From the human T2T-CHM13v2.0 reference genome, Homo sapiens: a DNA stretch of 64,000 nt. Positions 1 to 16,800 of this stretch are shown here, piece after piece. The position numbers were made by a program, and so were the translations under genes. The notes under the pieces are model-generated. The model was not told the DNA's origin. It saw only the letters and a program-made list of their open reading frames with translations, and searched no databases. The stretch lies in the NCBI RefSeq assembly GCF_009914755.1, contig NC_060936.1. One strand, 5' to 3'. How positions within the stretch are numbered: position 1 is the stretch's first letter; every line of letters begins with the position of its first letter.

Positions 1-217
1 TTGATATACAATGCAATCTCTCGGAAACTGCCCATTACCCCTGTTGTGAGACCCTCTGGCCTTTAGTTTTCTTGGATACTGAAATGAAACCCAGTTACTG
101 CAGTTGTGAATCTGGATACCTAGTGCCAATATCAGTCATCCACTGATCCTGCTGTTTGCAATCACAATGTCTTTAGCGTACCCACTTTGCTCTCTCTCAT
201 GCAAGTATCCTGTAAGA

Positions 218-430
218 CAGTGCCATCCAGTAGAGTTTTCTGTGATGATGGAAATGTTCTATGTCTGTGTTGTCCAATAGGGAAGCCACCAGCCACATGT
301 GGTCACTAAACACTTGAAATGTGTCTAGTGTAACTGAGGAACTGTATTTTAAATTTTATTTAATTTTAATTATTTATAATTTAAACTTAAATCTCCATTA
401 TGTGGCTAGGGGCTACCATATTGGATAGAT
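218..430. mobile_element. MER3-like hAT-Charlie MITE
   Basis: Sequence 'ttctgtgatgatggaaatgttctatgtctgtgttgtccaatag...cacttgaaatgtg...gctaccatattggata' matches the recalled MER3 consensus. Confidence 0.8.
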
Positions 431-1494
431 TTTCTCTAAGGTATTGGGACTGAGTGTTTGGATAATCTCACTGGTTTATTCTACAAGGGAGAACAGTCTT
501 TACTTTACTTTCCAGGTAATCCCAGCAATTAAACTAACTAACTCAGATCATCAGAATAGGTTGAAATTTCACTGCATCCTCAGGCTTCGTTGATAATTCT
601 ATCATGTCCTTAATGCTTCATGCAACCAGGGAGATTCCAAGCCTCTCTTCCTGATGAAGTCAGGGGAGACAGAGAGACTTGTGGAAAGGTCCCTTTGCCA
701 ATATGCATCTGGGGAGAGCACGGAAGGCAGCACTCCAATTGCTAGCCACAGAGTGGCATGGAGGCATCTGGAAGGTTCTTTTTGTTTCTGTTTTTTGGCC
801 TCTGAGAGAGGCACAGAAAAGGCTAAAAGGGGGAATTATAACACCTCAGAGGCTGCCACCAAAGAAAATGGCCCAGACCAAAACCAAAACAATAATAACA
901 GTAACGAAACCAGGATGACACACATCCCAAAGGATATGAGAAAGACAGAGTATGACAGTGGACCTGAAGCCTTGCTTGCATTACAAAATTATGGTTCCTC
1001 CTAGGGCCACCTGGAGTACATTTGACTCCTTTGGATGACAAGATCAGCGCAAAAAACCCTGGATGCACTGAGCTTACGTCCAAACAGAGAAAATACAAAA
1101 ATGACTAAAATTACTCCCCAGAAAACCTGAGTTGCAGACAAAACAATAATAGTTATTATTGTACATAGATAATGTAGGCATGGTCAAGTGTATTCACAGC
1201 AGTTTTGTTTATAGTGGTGAAAAAAAAAGAGAGAGAGAGAGACGGAGAGATTAGAACAATAATACAAACAACAACAGAATAAAATCCTGTCAATAGTAGA
1301 GTGGATAATTTGCAGAATTACTGAGAAAGTAGCACTATACCATAGTGAAAATATGTTCATTAGTGTGGAAGAATTTCCAAGATATTGAATGGAGGAAGCA
1401 AGTCCCAAAATAATATTTGAAAACATTATATAAGGTAGTGGACAAAGCTGAGTAATACTTGATTTAGGGATACATATGTAAGTGGTAGCAACTA

Positions 1495-2241
<747 letters not shown>

Positions 2242-3109
2242 TCAGGAGACGCTCACTCGGGGCTCGCATGGCAATAGGAATGCTCTTTTTCTTAACCTGT
2301 GTCATGGGGAGAAAGTTTTTATTTTCTTCCACTTATTATTAAAGTGACCTATAATGCTGAGCAAATAGCATATGTACAATATGATACCCTTTCTGTAAAG
2401 TTTAAGATCAAGTAGAACCATATACTCTTTATGAAGTCATATTAAAAGCATACAAAATACCCCAAGTTCAGGGTAGGGGTTGATTCAGGGGAGAGAAAAG
2501 AACAAAGGATCATGCAGAGTTCACAGGGGCTTCAACTGAGGCAGTTATTTTCATTTTTTATTTCTTTAGCCTACTGGGGCTTGTTATATTTTAATATGCC
2601 TGAGATATTTCAACAGAATTATAAAAAGCTGACGCCAGTGCGGCTTCACGGGAGAATCTGCAGGTAATGCAGACCTGGAACTGCAGATGGACTGCAGAGG
2701 AGAGCAAATGAGGAAAGAGGAACGCTGGCTGACCTGTAGGTACATGACAGATGCCAGAGACAGGAAGAAGTCCACAGAAAACCTGCGTTCAGAGCAAGGA
2801 GATCGATAGGGAAGTGTTAGGCCTGCTGGCTGGGAATAATAATGGCAGCAGATGGCTGAGAGAAAGCAGAGGGGCTCAGTAGCTCATTCATTCACTCATT
2901 CATTCATTGGGCATATTTTAATGGACTGTTTCCACGTGGAAGGCTTTGTTTCACTCATCTCCTATTTTGTGTGTCTTCTTGAGCAAGTGGAGACCACACT
3001 GAAGGGATTGAAAAATTTCAAACATAATCAGTGTATGATAGGAAAGGGATTATTAAGAGACCACTTTGCATCTTGCCTTTTTTGTTTGTTTGCTTGCTTG
3101 TTTTTGAGG

Positions 3110-3357
3110 GACAGCCTAGGACAGGAGTTAAGGATATGGGCTCTTCAAACAGACTGCCAGGGTTTGAATTCCAACCAATTTTAGCTGTGAGCTGAGCTCT
3201 TGAGCCAGTTGCTTTACTTCTCTATGCCTTAATTCCATAGTCTGTGCAAATATGAATGACAGTATCTACCTTAGGGGTGGAGTTGTGAGGATTGAGTGAA
3301 TTAATGTACACAGAGAGCTCAGAACACGTGCCATATAAGGTTTCCTATTATTATTAG
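3110..3357 (+). mobile_element. MIR
   Basis: Core 'cagactgccagggtttgaattcc...ttacttctctatgcctt...gttgtgaggattgagtgaattaatgta'. Confidence 0.75.
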
Positions 3358-3943
3358 TTCTAGCATCCCTAAGTTTACTTAAGTTTGAAGGACAAATTAA
3401 TTAACACCTTAGAAACGACGTCAGAAATGGTCATGGCAATTGGTTACTCAAGAGGACATGAGTGTGGAGAAATGCGATGGGGTTGGAATAGGAAAGGAAG
3501 ATAATGAGATATGTCCAGGTAGAGAAATAGACTGGAGATAAAAATTCAGGATCAGTAGCAGATCTCAGTGGTTGACCTTAGAAACAGATGTTAAACTCAC
3601 TGGATACATTTCATTATGAATAAAAGCTTTCCCTACTACTATTCAAGCGAGAAATTTTATCTTGGCTTCATAGCTCCCATATACTTTCCTTGTAGGATAG
3701 CGTAAGTTTGGAGTTCTAGCTTGCTTCCTGTATTCCATTTCTGAAGTGACTTGAATGGACAGCACTCAACATCAAGGAGGGAGAAGATAATGTCATCTAT
3801 AAAAGTTATTAGTAGCTCACATGGGACCAAATAACATAATTTGGAAAAGGGATGCAAGCTTGTTTTAAAGAAGGAAAAGCAAATTCCAGCCTGATTTCCT
3901 TCTGATTCATCACAAAAAACTTTATGGGCATTTAACCCTCTAG

Positions 3944-4413
<470 letters not shown>

Positions 4414-4500
4414 ATATCTGGGATATTTTAATATCATTGAAATGTATGTAAATTCTAGATGCATATGTTACTATGCTGAGGGTCATTCAAAGCAGTGTAA

Positions 4501-4881
<381 letters not shown>

Positions 4882-6509
4882 CAGGTGCTTGTTATTTTTG
4901 CACTTCTTTAGCAATACCAGCAACTTTCTGTAGCCCTAAAAGCCAAGGGTTGAAAACTAAATTTCTGGAGAAAAATAAACCTTGGATAATTTTGCAGACT
5001 GCCTAAGCTTTCCGTTTTATTTATTCAATTATTATTGAATGCCTAAGTCGGGTGGGTCATATTGATTCTGAAGACACTGAATCTAATGGTAGATTTTTGG
5101 GGGAACACTTCATTAAGCTTCTAATTTAGTTGGTTTCTTGTGTCACTATGTTCATTGTTATTGACTTTCTCTTTCTGCCTATTGATTTCTTGGACTCTAT
5201 GTGCTTTTTCCAATAGTGTCAATCTGAAGTGGTTTTCTTCTAATAAGAAATGCCAGGTCACTGTCTGGGGAGCCATAGACAATTTGATGGTGATTGTGCT
5301 TGGAAGGTGTTTTAGGCAAGGAATTGGCCTAAACAGGGCCACCTCATCTTATTTTGCTTGGCTCACTTATCACTTGTTTTAGTCTTGAAACCAAGAAATC
5401 TCAATATCCATCTCAGTGTGTGGTCTCTGATTTGGAAGAAATGACTTGACAAGATTTTTAGAAACAGTAAGAGCTCCTCTGGATCATGTACTTACTCAAC
5501 ATCATGGAAAAATGGGACAAAATTCTTTCCGAAATTGCAGCTAATTGATAAGAATAATGAAGAGGGATGTATTGAGAGAGAGCATTTCACTGCTTGGTGA
5601 TAATTTAGCTTTTAAAACTACGTTAAGAAAGAAATCACTAACCAAAGCAATAGCAGCAACTTTTCTACCAGAACAGACATTTCTAATTAATTCCTTGGCC
5701 ATTAAACCCTACAGGCCAATCCAGATGAGCAATAAAAAAACAGTGAGAGAAGAGTGCTGGAGAAAGTTTTCCTTTTTTGACTGTCAGCATTAACAGTCAT
5801 ATTTTTTCACTGTTCTAAGTAGCAAATTGTGAGTTGCAAAAATGGCTAGGGGAAAATTTTAAAGTCTGAAATATTCATTACCTACTTACTAAAGTAGAAA
5901 TTCCATCTGTGTGCCATAAAATTAAGTGATTCTAAGGAAAGTAATAGCTTTTAATATTCCTTCAGTAGGTCCTTTGTGACAGTTTCTGAGTTTGGCTAAA
6001 AAGAAGCAACACGGCTCTGATTTTCTTTCCAGAAGATGATGATTTTGGAATGGGAGCATTAATTTCCCTTTTGAATTGTGTACACAGCTACTTTCCCAAA
6101 AATACTGAAACTGAACATATCTTGTCCCTGTTTTCCTTCTGATTTCAGGACATATAATGATTTGCCTTCCGTAACTGCAGATGGGTGGGGGCCCTCCCCT
6201 TTCCCTTAGCACCCTTCTTAAATTCTTTGCTGGGATTAACATTAAGCCTAATTTGAATAGGAATTCACTCTCCTGTGTCGGGTGGCCAGCAAAACCGCAG
6301 GTTCTGCTGCTTTTCACATTAAATGGTGTCAAAAATTACTCGAGTTGAGGATGAGTGTCTTTCACTGCGTAGATGGAAAACATCTAGGACTGGACTGGAT
6401 GCATCCCGGCCCAAGGCAACACCTCTAAATGTGCGTGCACAAAAACAATGCCTGACTTTCATGAGTTCTTCACAACTTATAAGATATATTGACGTAATAA
6501 CTTGACATA

Positions 6510-6908
6510 CACTATGATCTTAATGTTTATGCTCCCCCATCCCTAATTCATATGATGAACTCAAATCCCCAGAGTGATGGTATTAGGAGGTGGGGCCTTG
6601 GGGAGCTAATTAGGTCATGGGGGCAGAGCCCTCATGAATGGGATTAGTTCTTTTATAAAAGAGGCCAAGGGGAGACTCCTAGCTTCTTCCACCGTGTGAG
6701 GACACAGCCTCTAGCCATGCTAGATCTTTGATGCTGAATCTGCCAGTGCCTAAATATTGGATGTCTCAGCCTCTAGAATTATGATATATAAATTTCTGTT
6801 GTTTATAATCTACCCACTTTATTATACTTACTAAAAAAATAGTCCAAATACAATAAATATATAGTCCAAAAACAATAAATATTTTCTTAGCTTGAATGGA
6901 CCAAGAAA
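6510..6908 (+). mobile_element. MLT1A/MLT1A0 solo LTR (MaLR)
   Basis: 'gtgatggtattaggaggtggggcc...ggcagagccctcatgaatgggattag...aaatttctgttgtttataa'. Confidence 0.85.
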
Positions 6909-7043
6909 ACATAATTGTTATTATTGTATCCTGAAACAATTGAGGTAGGCATGGCAGAGATTACTGTCTCCTCTGTACAGGATAAGGAAACTGAGGTATG
7001 AAAACAAAACTAAAAGAATTTTCCAAGTTCACTCATCCAGTAA

Positions 7044-7367
<324 letters not shown>

Positions 7368-7445
7368 TGAATCCTTTCTAGGTTTTCTTCCTCCCAATTA
7401 AACCACATTTGTTCTATGCCACATTGGGTCATGCTAACATGGGGC

Positions 7446-7602
7446 TTTTTTTAATTATTATTTTTTTTACATTTAAAAAAAAATAGAGATGGGGGTCTCA
7501 TTATGTTGGCTAGGTTGGTCTTGAACTTCTGGCCTCAAGCAATCCTCTTGCCTTGGCCTCCCAATGTGCTAGGATTATAGGTGTGAGCCACCGCGCCCAG
7601 CG
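7446..7602 (-). mobile_element. FLAM/Alu monomer
   Basis: Single left arm 'agagatgggggtctcattatgttg...gtgagccaccgcgcccagc'. Confidence 0.85.
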
Positions 7603-7977
7603 CTATAATGGAGTTTTTAGATATCCACAAAGATGCAGCTACAGCAAAAATCAAAATGACGACAACAGATTTGGGAATGAGAATGAGGGCTCAAGGTGCA
7701 ATTCTACTGCTTTACGGGACCTTGAAACTTTTAAGTCAAGTGATTTTGTTTTTCCAAGGGAAGCATCCTCCTCCCCACAAAACCCCCCAAAATGTTACAC
7801 TCCAGAGTTTCACAAGCCTTTCTCTCAGTTGTGGGATAGAAAATCTGACTACTTTGTCCCAAATGAATGAAATAAATTTTTTCCTATGTTTAAAATTTTT
7901 TGACTCAATAAATTGGTTATTATTATATCTTCACTGTATGAAAAAAGAAACAAAAGCTTAGGACTTCCACATGTACC

Positions 7978-8273
7978 TTTTATTTTTTTTTGAGACTGAG
8001 TCTCACTCTGTCACCCAGGCTAGCGTGCAGTGGCTCAATCTTGGCTCACTGCAGCCTCAGCCTCCTAGGTTCAAGCGATTCTCCTGCCTCAGCCTCCTGA
8101 GCAACTAGGATTACAGGTGCATGCCACCATGCCTGGCTAATTTTTATATTTTTAGTAGAGATGGGGTTTCACCATGTTGGCCAGGCTGTTCTCAAACTTC
8201 TGACCTCAAGTGATCCACCTGCCTCAGCCTCCCAAAGTGCTTGAATTACAGGTGTGAGCCACCGCACCTGGCT
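7978..8273 (-). mobile_element. AluSx/Sz-type
   Basis: Antisense dimeric Alu with TSD ccacatgtac. Confidence 0.93.
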
Positions 8274-8987
8274 ACCACATGTACTGTTTTTAAACTTTTC
8301 TGATTAAAACACACTGTACTGATATATTATTAGGGCAATACAAAAATTCTAAAGAATGAGATAAAAAATATAAATAACATTTCTCATATTTTCTTCTTTT
8401 ATGTCTCCAGTGGATCAGTTGATTTACTGGAGTATGTGCAACCCACATTGGAAATTGCTGTTCTAAAATAGGAAGAAAATATTAATAGCAGACTATATTT
8501 ATCAAGAACATATAAAACTTGTCACCTGTTTTTGTGACTCAATTTCACTAGTTCAAATCAAACACGGATTTCCAAGTACACATGTTAAGAATTAGAGCCT
8601 TAGACCTGCTTCATTCTGAAGGGAGAATTGTTACAATGAAGTAACTTGAAAAGATTAAATATATCAATATTAACCAATAATTTGGAGAATAATTCTCATT
8701 CTCCAATAATTTGGAGGTACTTTAACAAGAAGCATATAGAAAAAGTCCCTATGCATGAGGCTGTATGCCAATAACTGAGGCTGACTATAAGATTGAATGT
8801 TTATGTTCCCTTAAAATTCATATGTTGAAACCTACCTCTCAATCTGATGACATTAGGAGGTGGAGCCTTTGGGAGGTGAGTAGGTCATGAAGGCAGAGCC
8901 CTCAAAAATGGGACTAGTGCTTTATAAAAGAGAACCTGGAGACCTCCCTTGCTCCTTCTGCCACCTGAGTAAGAAGATGGCCATCTA

Positions 8988-9325
<338 letters not shown>

Positions 9326-11174
9326 TCACAAGACAGTGAATCTGCCAACAGCTTGAGCCTGAACTTTCTAGCCTCCTGAACTGTGAGGAATAAATTTCTG
9401 TTGTTTATAAGCCAACAAGTTTATGGTATTTTGTTATAGTAGTCCGAATGGATTAAGACAGAAATTGGTACCAAGAAGTGGGAGTGTTGCTATAACAAAT
9501 ATCTGTAATGTGGAAGTGTCTTTGAAACTGAGTAATGGGTAGAAGCTGGAAAACTTTTGAGGTGCATGCTAGAAAAAGCCTACATTGCCATAAATAGTCC
9601 TTTGAAAGCAATGTTGATGAGGGCTCAGAAAGAAAAGAGAACTGTAGAGAAAGGATCAATCTTCTTAGAGAACACCTAAATAATCTTGAACAGAATGTTG
9701 GTAGAAATATGAAGAGTAAAAGCTGTTCTGATGAGGTCTCAGACAGAAAAGAAGAACTTGTTATTGAAAACTGGAAGAAGGTGGTCTCTATTATAAAGTC
9801 TTAAGGAACTTGGCTGAATTGTGTTCCTGTCCCAGTGTTTTGTGTAAAGTAGAACTTGCAAGAAATGAAATTGGATATTTGGCTGTGAATTTCTAAGTGA
9901 AGTGTTGAAGGAGTGGACTGGTTTCTCCTGACTGCTTATAATAAAATGAGAAAAAAGAAGTTATTTAAAGATGGGATGGTTCATCAAAAGGGAGGCAGAA
10001 CTTAAAGATTTGGAAAATTCTCAGCCTATCCATATTGGAATGAGAAACCTGGTTTAAGAGAGAAAACTAAGGGGGTGGCCAAATGACTGTTTGATAAGGA
10101 GATTTGTCAACCATCTCAAAAGAAGCTACCAGCTATTCTCCAAGAGAATGGAGAACCCCTGGAGGCAATTCAGAAACCATCAGAGTTGTCCCTTCTATTG
10201 CAGGCCCATAGTACAAGGGTTGGGGGCAGGGAGGGATAGAATGGTTTCCAAGAAGAGGCTTGCTGATGCCTGGTGCCCGCAGGAGTTTGGCACACAGGCC
10301 TTGCCTCACATCAAGGACTCCATTCCCTACACTCCAGCTCTGTTCTCCTCAGCAACCCTAGGTAGCGTTCCGGTGGATCCCAGGGTGGCATGAGCTATGT
10401 TCAGCACAGCTGTCAGGCTATGGTTGTCCCCACCTAGATTTCAAAGGACGAGGCCTCCTGGTAGAGTCATGGACTAGGGACCCCAGCCCTGGAAAGCTGC
10501 AGGGTCAAGGCAGAGAACTGCCATGGGTACAGAGCTGCCTGAAGCCTTGGGCCAACCCCTGCCCAACAAGTCTGCAGGGGCCAGACTGCTGCCTCAATGG
10601 GTCTGATAGATGGGATCCATGCCCCAGTGGGCCTGGAGGGCAGAGCATCAGGTCAAAGTTTCTTCTCAAGCTCTGTTACTCCTTTCTTATTTACTGTTTT
10701 TCCCTTTTGGAATGGGAATGTTTATCCTATGCCTATCACACCACTGTATTTTGAAAGCACGTAACTCTTTCGGGTTCACAGGTTCACAGTGGACAGGATG
10801 AATTGCCTCAGGGTGGATTGCACCTTGACTCTTACCCATATCTGATTTAGATGATATTTAGAGGAGACTTTGGATTTTAGATTTTAGAATTAAAGATGGA
10901 ACGAGTTAAGACTTTTGGTGCTGTTGGGATGCAGTGAGTGTATGTTATATGTGAGAAAAACATGAATTTTGCGGGGGTAAGTATGAAATGCTGTAGATTG
11001 AATGTTTAGGTGACACCAATGTTCATGAGTTAAAATCTAACCCCCAATATGATAGTATTAGGAGAGGAGGGCTTTGAGAGGTGATTAGATCCTGAAGACA
11101 GAACCCTCATGAATCATATTTGTGCCCTTATAAAAGAAACTGTTAAAAGCTCCCATGCCCCCTCTGCCATATGA

Positions 11175-11654
<480 letters not shown>

Positions 11655-12820
11655 TAAGACAAGGATCTAAAGCCTTCTCTCATGTACTGTTTTAATGACT
11701 TCCATAACTCAACATCAGAGAAAGTATCCAGAGAACATGAGAAAATTAAAGTTTTGTGGAGAATGAAAGTGAGCACATGAATAATTTCTCACCCCACGCA
11801 AAGGGTATTTGCAACCTCACTGTTTTATTTGTTCTTTACCACAGCTTTGTGATTTTGGCACATTTTTTCCCATTTCTTTTGGTGAGAAAAATGAAGCTCA
11901 GAGAGATTAAGTGACCTGTGCAAGATTGCCTAGCCAGTAAGGGTGGATTCTACGCTGCTCATGGTAAATCTGGACTCTTCTCTGTGACAGTCTGCCAAAC
12001 ACCTGGTTATGCATCCTTCCTTGTCATTCCTGAAGTGAAAAATGAAGGCAAGAAATGCTCCTGAAGTGAAGAATCAGGTATTTTTTCCCTCCAAAGGACT
12101 AAACCTAGTAGTGTGGCTAAGAATCCTTAGGAAACTTGGCAAAAGACCAACAGAGGCAAAGCAAATTAGTGGAAGATGCAGGAAGAAAAGTATGGAGGAC
12201 TCAGTAAAAACCTTGCATGAAGATAAGAAATATAAATTATATTTTGTCAAAACCAACAGTTTTTTCAAATATAGAAGAAAGGGCAAGAGTGGAATTTGGA
12301 TTTATATCCAAATTCCATCTCTCTAGGGCCTGTGCTGTTAACCATTTGCTATACTGAGACTCAGAGGAGAAAAAGAGCCTCGGCAGTGGGGGATCCTTTG
12401 ACCAGATAGGACATGGTGGATTTTCATTTTTGGCTCTGTGGAAATTCTGTTGTTTCAATGCCCATACAATCAACAAATGACAAGCGAATTGATGACTTAG
12501 CTATCTAAAAGCACCTCATGGACATTTCTGCTTCCTTGTGCACTGTGTATGGAAGTGCACATCATCTTGTTCGCTGGTGATTTGTGTTTTCTGGGTTCTG
12601 ATGTTCTAGCACACTCAGATAGGAAAGGCCAAGAGAACTAAAATGATGGGCGCCCTCTCCAGTTTCGGAAGGAGATAGATTAGAATGGAGGGGCAGGAAA
12701 GAAGTGGGAATCGGGTTGTCTGAGGAGGTGGAGAGAGTTCCCAGTAATTACTGGGCTACAGGTGTAGGGGTAGCTCTCTGTATCCCAGTAACTACTCAGA
12801 ACAGGTAAGGGGTAGCCCCT

Positions 12821-13028
12821 CAATTGTTCTTAACCAGGCGTGGGTCATCCTCATCAAGCACTTGGAAATGAATGGAGGATTTTTTTTGTTGCCAATTACT
12901 TGGGTGTGCTATGATATTTAATGCCCAGGGTCAGAGAAGCTAAACGTCCTGCCATGCCTAAGTCAGGCTTACATAAAGTAGAATGATCTTTCCTCAAATG
13001 CTGATACCACCCCTATTGAAATTTACTG
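12821..13028. mobile_element. MER20/MER20B-like hAT MITE
   Basis: 'ttgttcttaacca...gctaaacgtcctgccatgc...cctcaaatgc...ttgaaatttactg' resembles the MER20 family. Confidence 0.55.
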
Positions 13029-13192
13029 TGAGCTAGTCCTACTGACCTCAAAGACATTCTGGTGTCAGCAGTTGAAGAATGAGGGAAAAGCATAAAGAAG
13101 GTTTGAAAAGATTCTGGGAAGAAACTAGATGTATCTTTAATATGTTTTATTCATATGGTTAGAGTGTGTGTGTATAAGAGATAGATCTATTT

Positions 13193-13544
<352 letters not shown>

Positions 13545-13624
13545 TTAAGAAAATTATTAAATTATCTCATACATGTTTACATTTATGTGATCTGCTAATG
13601 TGATTTAAAATTCGGTTATTATGT

Positions 13625-14019
13625 TGATATGGTTTGGATTTGTGGCCCCACTTAAATCTCATGTTGAATTGTAATCTCCATTGTTGGAGGAGTGGCCTGG
13701 TGGGAAGTGACCGGATCTTGGGGTTGGCTTTTAATGGTTTAGCACCATCCTCCTAGTGCTGTCTTGTGATAGAGTTCTCACAAGATCTGGTTGTTTGAAA
13801 GTGTGTAGCAACTCCTCCTCTGCTCTCTCTCTCCTGCCGATCATGTGAAGGTGTATCTACTTTCCCTTTGCCTTCTGCCATGATGATAAGTTCCCTGAGA
13901 CTTCCCCAGAAACAGAAGCCTGTACAGCCCATAGAACCATGGGCAGATTAAACCTCTTTTCTTTATAAAATTACCCAGTCTCAGGTATGTCTATAGCAGT
14001 GTGAGAATGGACTCATACA
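13625..14019 (+). mobile_element. MSTB-type MaLR LTR
   Basis: tgatatggtttggatttgtg...aatggtttagcaccatcc...gtgagaatggactcataca. Confidence 0.88.
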
Positions 14020-14424
14020 GATGAATTGTTCTTTTAATGCATTGTCAAAATTCATTTGATGTCATTTTTAAATGTTTGCATCTTTATTCATAAGTGAAAT
14101 TTGCCTATAGTTTTCTTTTTTTGAATTATCTTTATTATGCTATGTTAATAGCACAATAATGCATAACATAAATAAAATGAATTGCCTGGTTGAGAATGGA
14201 GAAAATAAATTAGGAATTATTTGTACTTTAAAACTTAAATATAATTCAGCTGTTGTATTTTCTGGGCTTAGTATCTTTTAAAAAATGGCAGACCTTTACT
14301 TAGCTTTCCAGTGTTTTCTGTGATGACTGATCTGGTCAGATTTTCTATCTCTTACTTGGCAAAACATAGTAGTTTTTATTTTGGTAGAAAACTAACCATG
14401 TCCTCTAAATTTTCAAATTTATCA

Positions 14425-15110
14425 CTGTCCCTAAAAAACAGAGGCTGAAGCAAGACAAGTGGTAAGGTTTTATTGAAAGGTGATATTCTGGGATAGAGAG
14501 ACACGGAACAGGGAAACAAGAGAAAGAAGGATGGAAAGCAAATGGAAACTGGCATGTTACCAAGCTGGCCACCGCCTCATGAACTGTGAAGAATATGATG
14601 TCCACTCAGACAGGACAATACCAGACAGGCTGTACATACAGAAAAGACATGTTGGAATAGTCCACTGGAGGGGGAAAGAGAGATGGATTGCTCCATTACC
14701 TTCCTCCCGTCTCATTTCTCTCCTATTGGTCAATGTTTGCCTCATGGCGAGTTCAGTCCATGCACTTTTAGGTGGTATCACCTGGCTTCTTTGGGCAGCT
14801 GCTGCGGAGGCCACGTCCCACCCTGTGGAATGCCAATTCTTTGGAGTCTGCATTGGAGTTTAGAAGGGCAGGAGGAATCGGAACCTACACGGGTCCGACT
14901 GAATTGCGCCAAGAGGTGCCAGAGCTTCTGCAGCTTCTGGCATGATGAGAAGGCATTAGGAAGGCCATGTTTCCAGAGCCTAGCATTCACCTCAGGACAG
15001 AATGAGATAGCCAGAGATGTCAGTAGATGCGGTGGTGGTGGCAGCAGGGGCAGTTGTGTGCCTGAGAGACAGGTGAAGCTTTGGGAATCTGAGGTGACTA
15101 TAACATGTCT
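14425..15110 (-). mobile_element. ERVL LTR (LTR33/LTR16-like)
   Basis: 'tccctaaaaaacagaggctgaagcaagac...ggttttattg' resembles the antisense 3' end of LTR16/33-group LTRs. Confidence 0.55.
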
Positions 15111-15144
15111 CTGAAATAATTTCCATAGATATGCATGTATATTC

Positions 15145-15449
<305 letters not shown>

Positions 15450-16049
15450 TAAAGTGCTTTTCAAAAGAACTGGTACTTCCCTTAGTCTTTAAATATTTCT
15501 CAGGGCCCTGGTAAAGACCTGGAGACCTGGACCTTTTTAGGAGACAAATCTGGGGACAGATAAGTTAGTTGCATATGATAATTTTAGTTTATTATTGGGA
15601 GACAAAGTTGGGGACAGATAAGTTAGTTGCATATGATAATTTTAGTTTATTACTCTCATCTCTCTAGATCTTTTTTTTTTTTTTCCTTCTCATTGCATGA
15701 TCTGGGAACTCAGCCTCATTTAGCATAGGTGACGACTGACTCCAGATTTGAGTTAAGCAACCAAGAAAACAGCTGAAAGCCATGTGGGTTACCTAGAACT
15801 CGTATATTGGATCCAGAATTTTTGGCATTTGTTTCCATGTTTATAAGTTTAGAAAATCTAAAATTATGTTCCGTTCCCTCTAATCTGTCATTCCCAGAAT
15901 CCCTTTTTACATTTATTCTCCAGGTTTCTGGTGATATAAATTAGTCAATTCTTGTAATTTATTGTTGTTGTATATTTCATGGTTTGACTTTGTAACTTAT
16001 CTTAAAGGGCATGTTGGATTACGTCTTTAGTCATGAGTATAGAAGCAAG

Positions 16050-16800
16050 GAGGAGAGAGGCTTGGGGGGAATTGGCACCCCTTGAGAAGCAACTACCTTA
16101 GGAGAGGTATTTAAAAATCAAGGTTCCTATATTGTCAGGAGCAGACTTAACTTAATGGACAAGGAAATTATTTCATCTGGCAAGAGAGGCTTAGTAGTTT
16201 TAAGGGTTTTGGATGCCATTGGACTCCATTCCAACTCTTAGGGCCCCACTCTTTCTCAATTAGCTACTTAACAGAGGGCTGTGAAAGCAACCTACTTTGC
16301 AATTGGGCAAATTCTGTCTGAGTTTCAGTAGTCTTGGCCAAACAACTGCAAGATATAGGGGACTCTTTTTTAGGGTAGTCATAGAAACCCTTTAATCGTG
16401 ATTGTGCCTTGAGCTGATAACTTTAATATTGAGCTTGGAATTTTCTTTATTTAAGCTTTCCTGTGTGGAAGCAGGAGTCATTCAGTCTTGCCAACAGAAG
16501 GTTACCTCATTCCAGGTTACTGCAGGTGATCACGTAAGGAACACTTTCGTCCCATGTAAGATGAACTACCAGTCCTGTAATGATAATAGGATCGTTACTG
16601 CTTTCAAATCCAACTGAGGAAAAAAAATTAGTCCAAGATTCTTACTTCTTTGCGTGTCTGTTGACAGCAAAATGTTTGGCCTTAGTTATTCTGTGGTTTA
16701 CTGTTCTTAGTTTGAATCCCTCTTGCTAGTTGTAACAGAAAGGGCTTTATTAAAGGGTGTTAGGTAGCTCACAGAATTTCTGCAACGACTAGATCATCAG
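16050..16800 (-). mobile_element. Degraded ERVL/MaLR internal fragment plus adjacent LTR remnant
   Basis: 'ccattccaactcttagggccccactctttctcaat...cagggtagtcatagaaac...ttgagctgataac' resembles antisense ERVL gag-like sequence. Similarity is weak. Confidence 0.45.
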
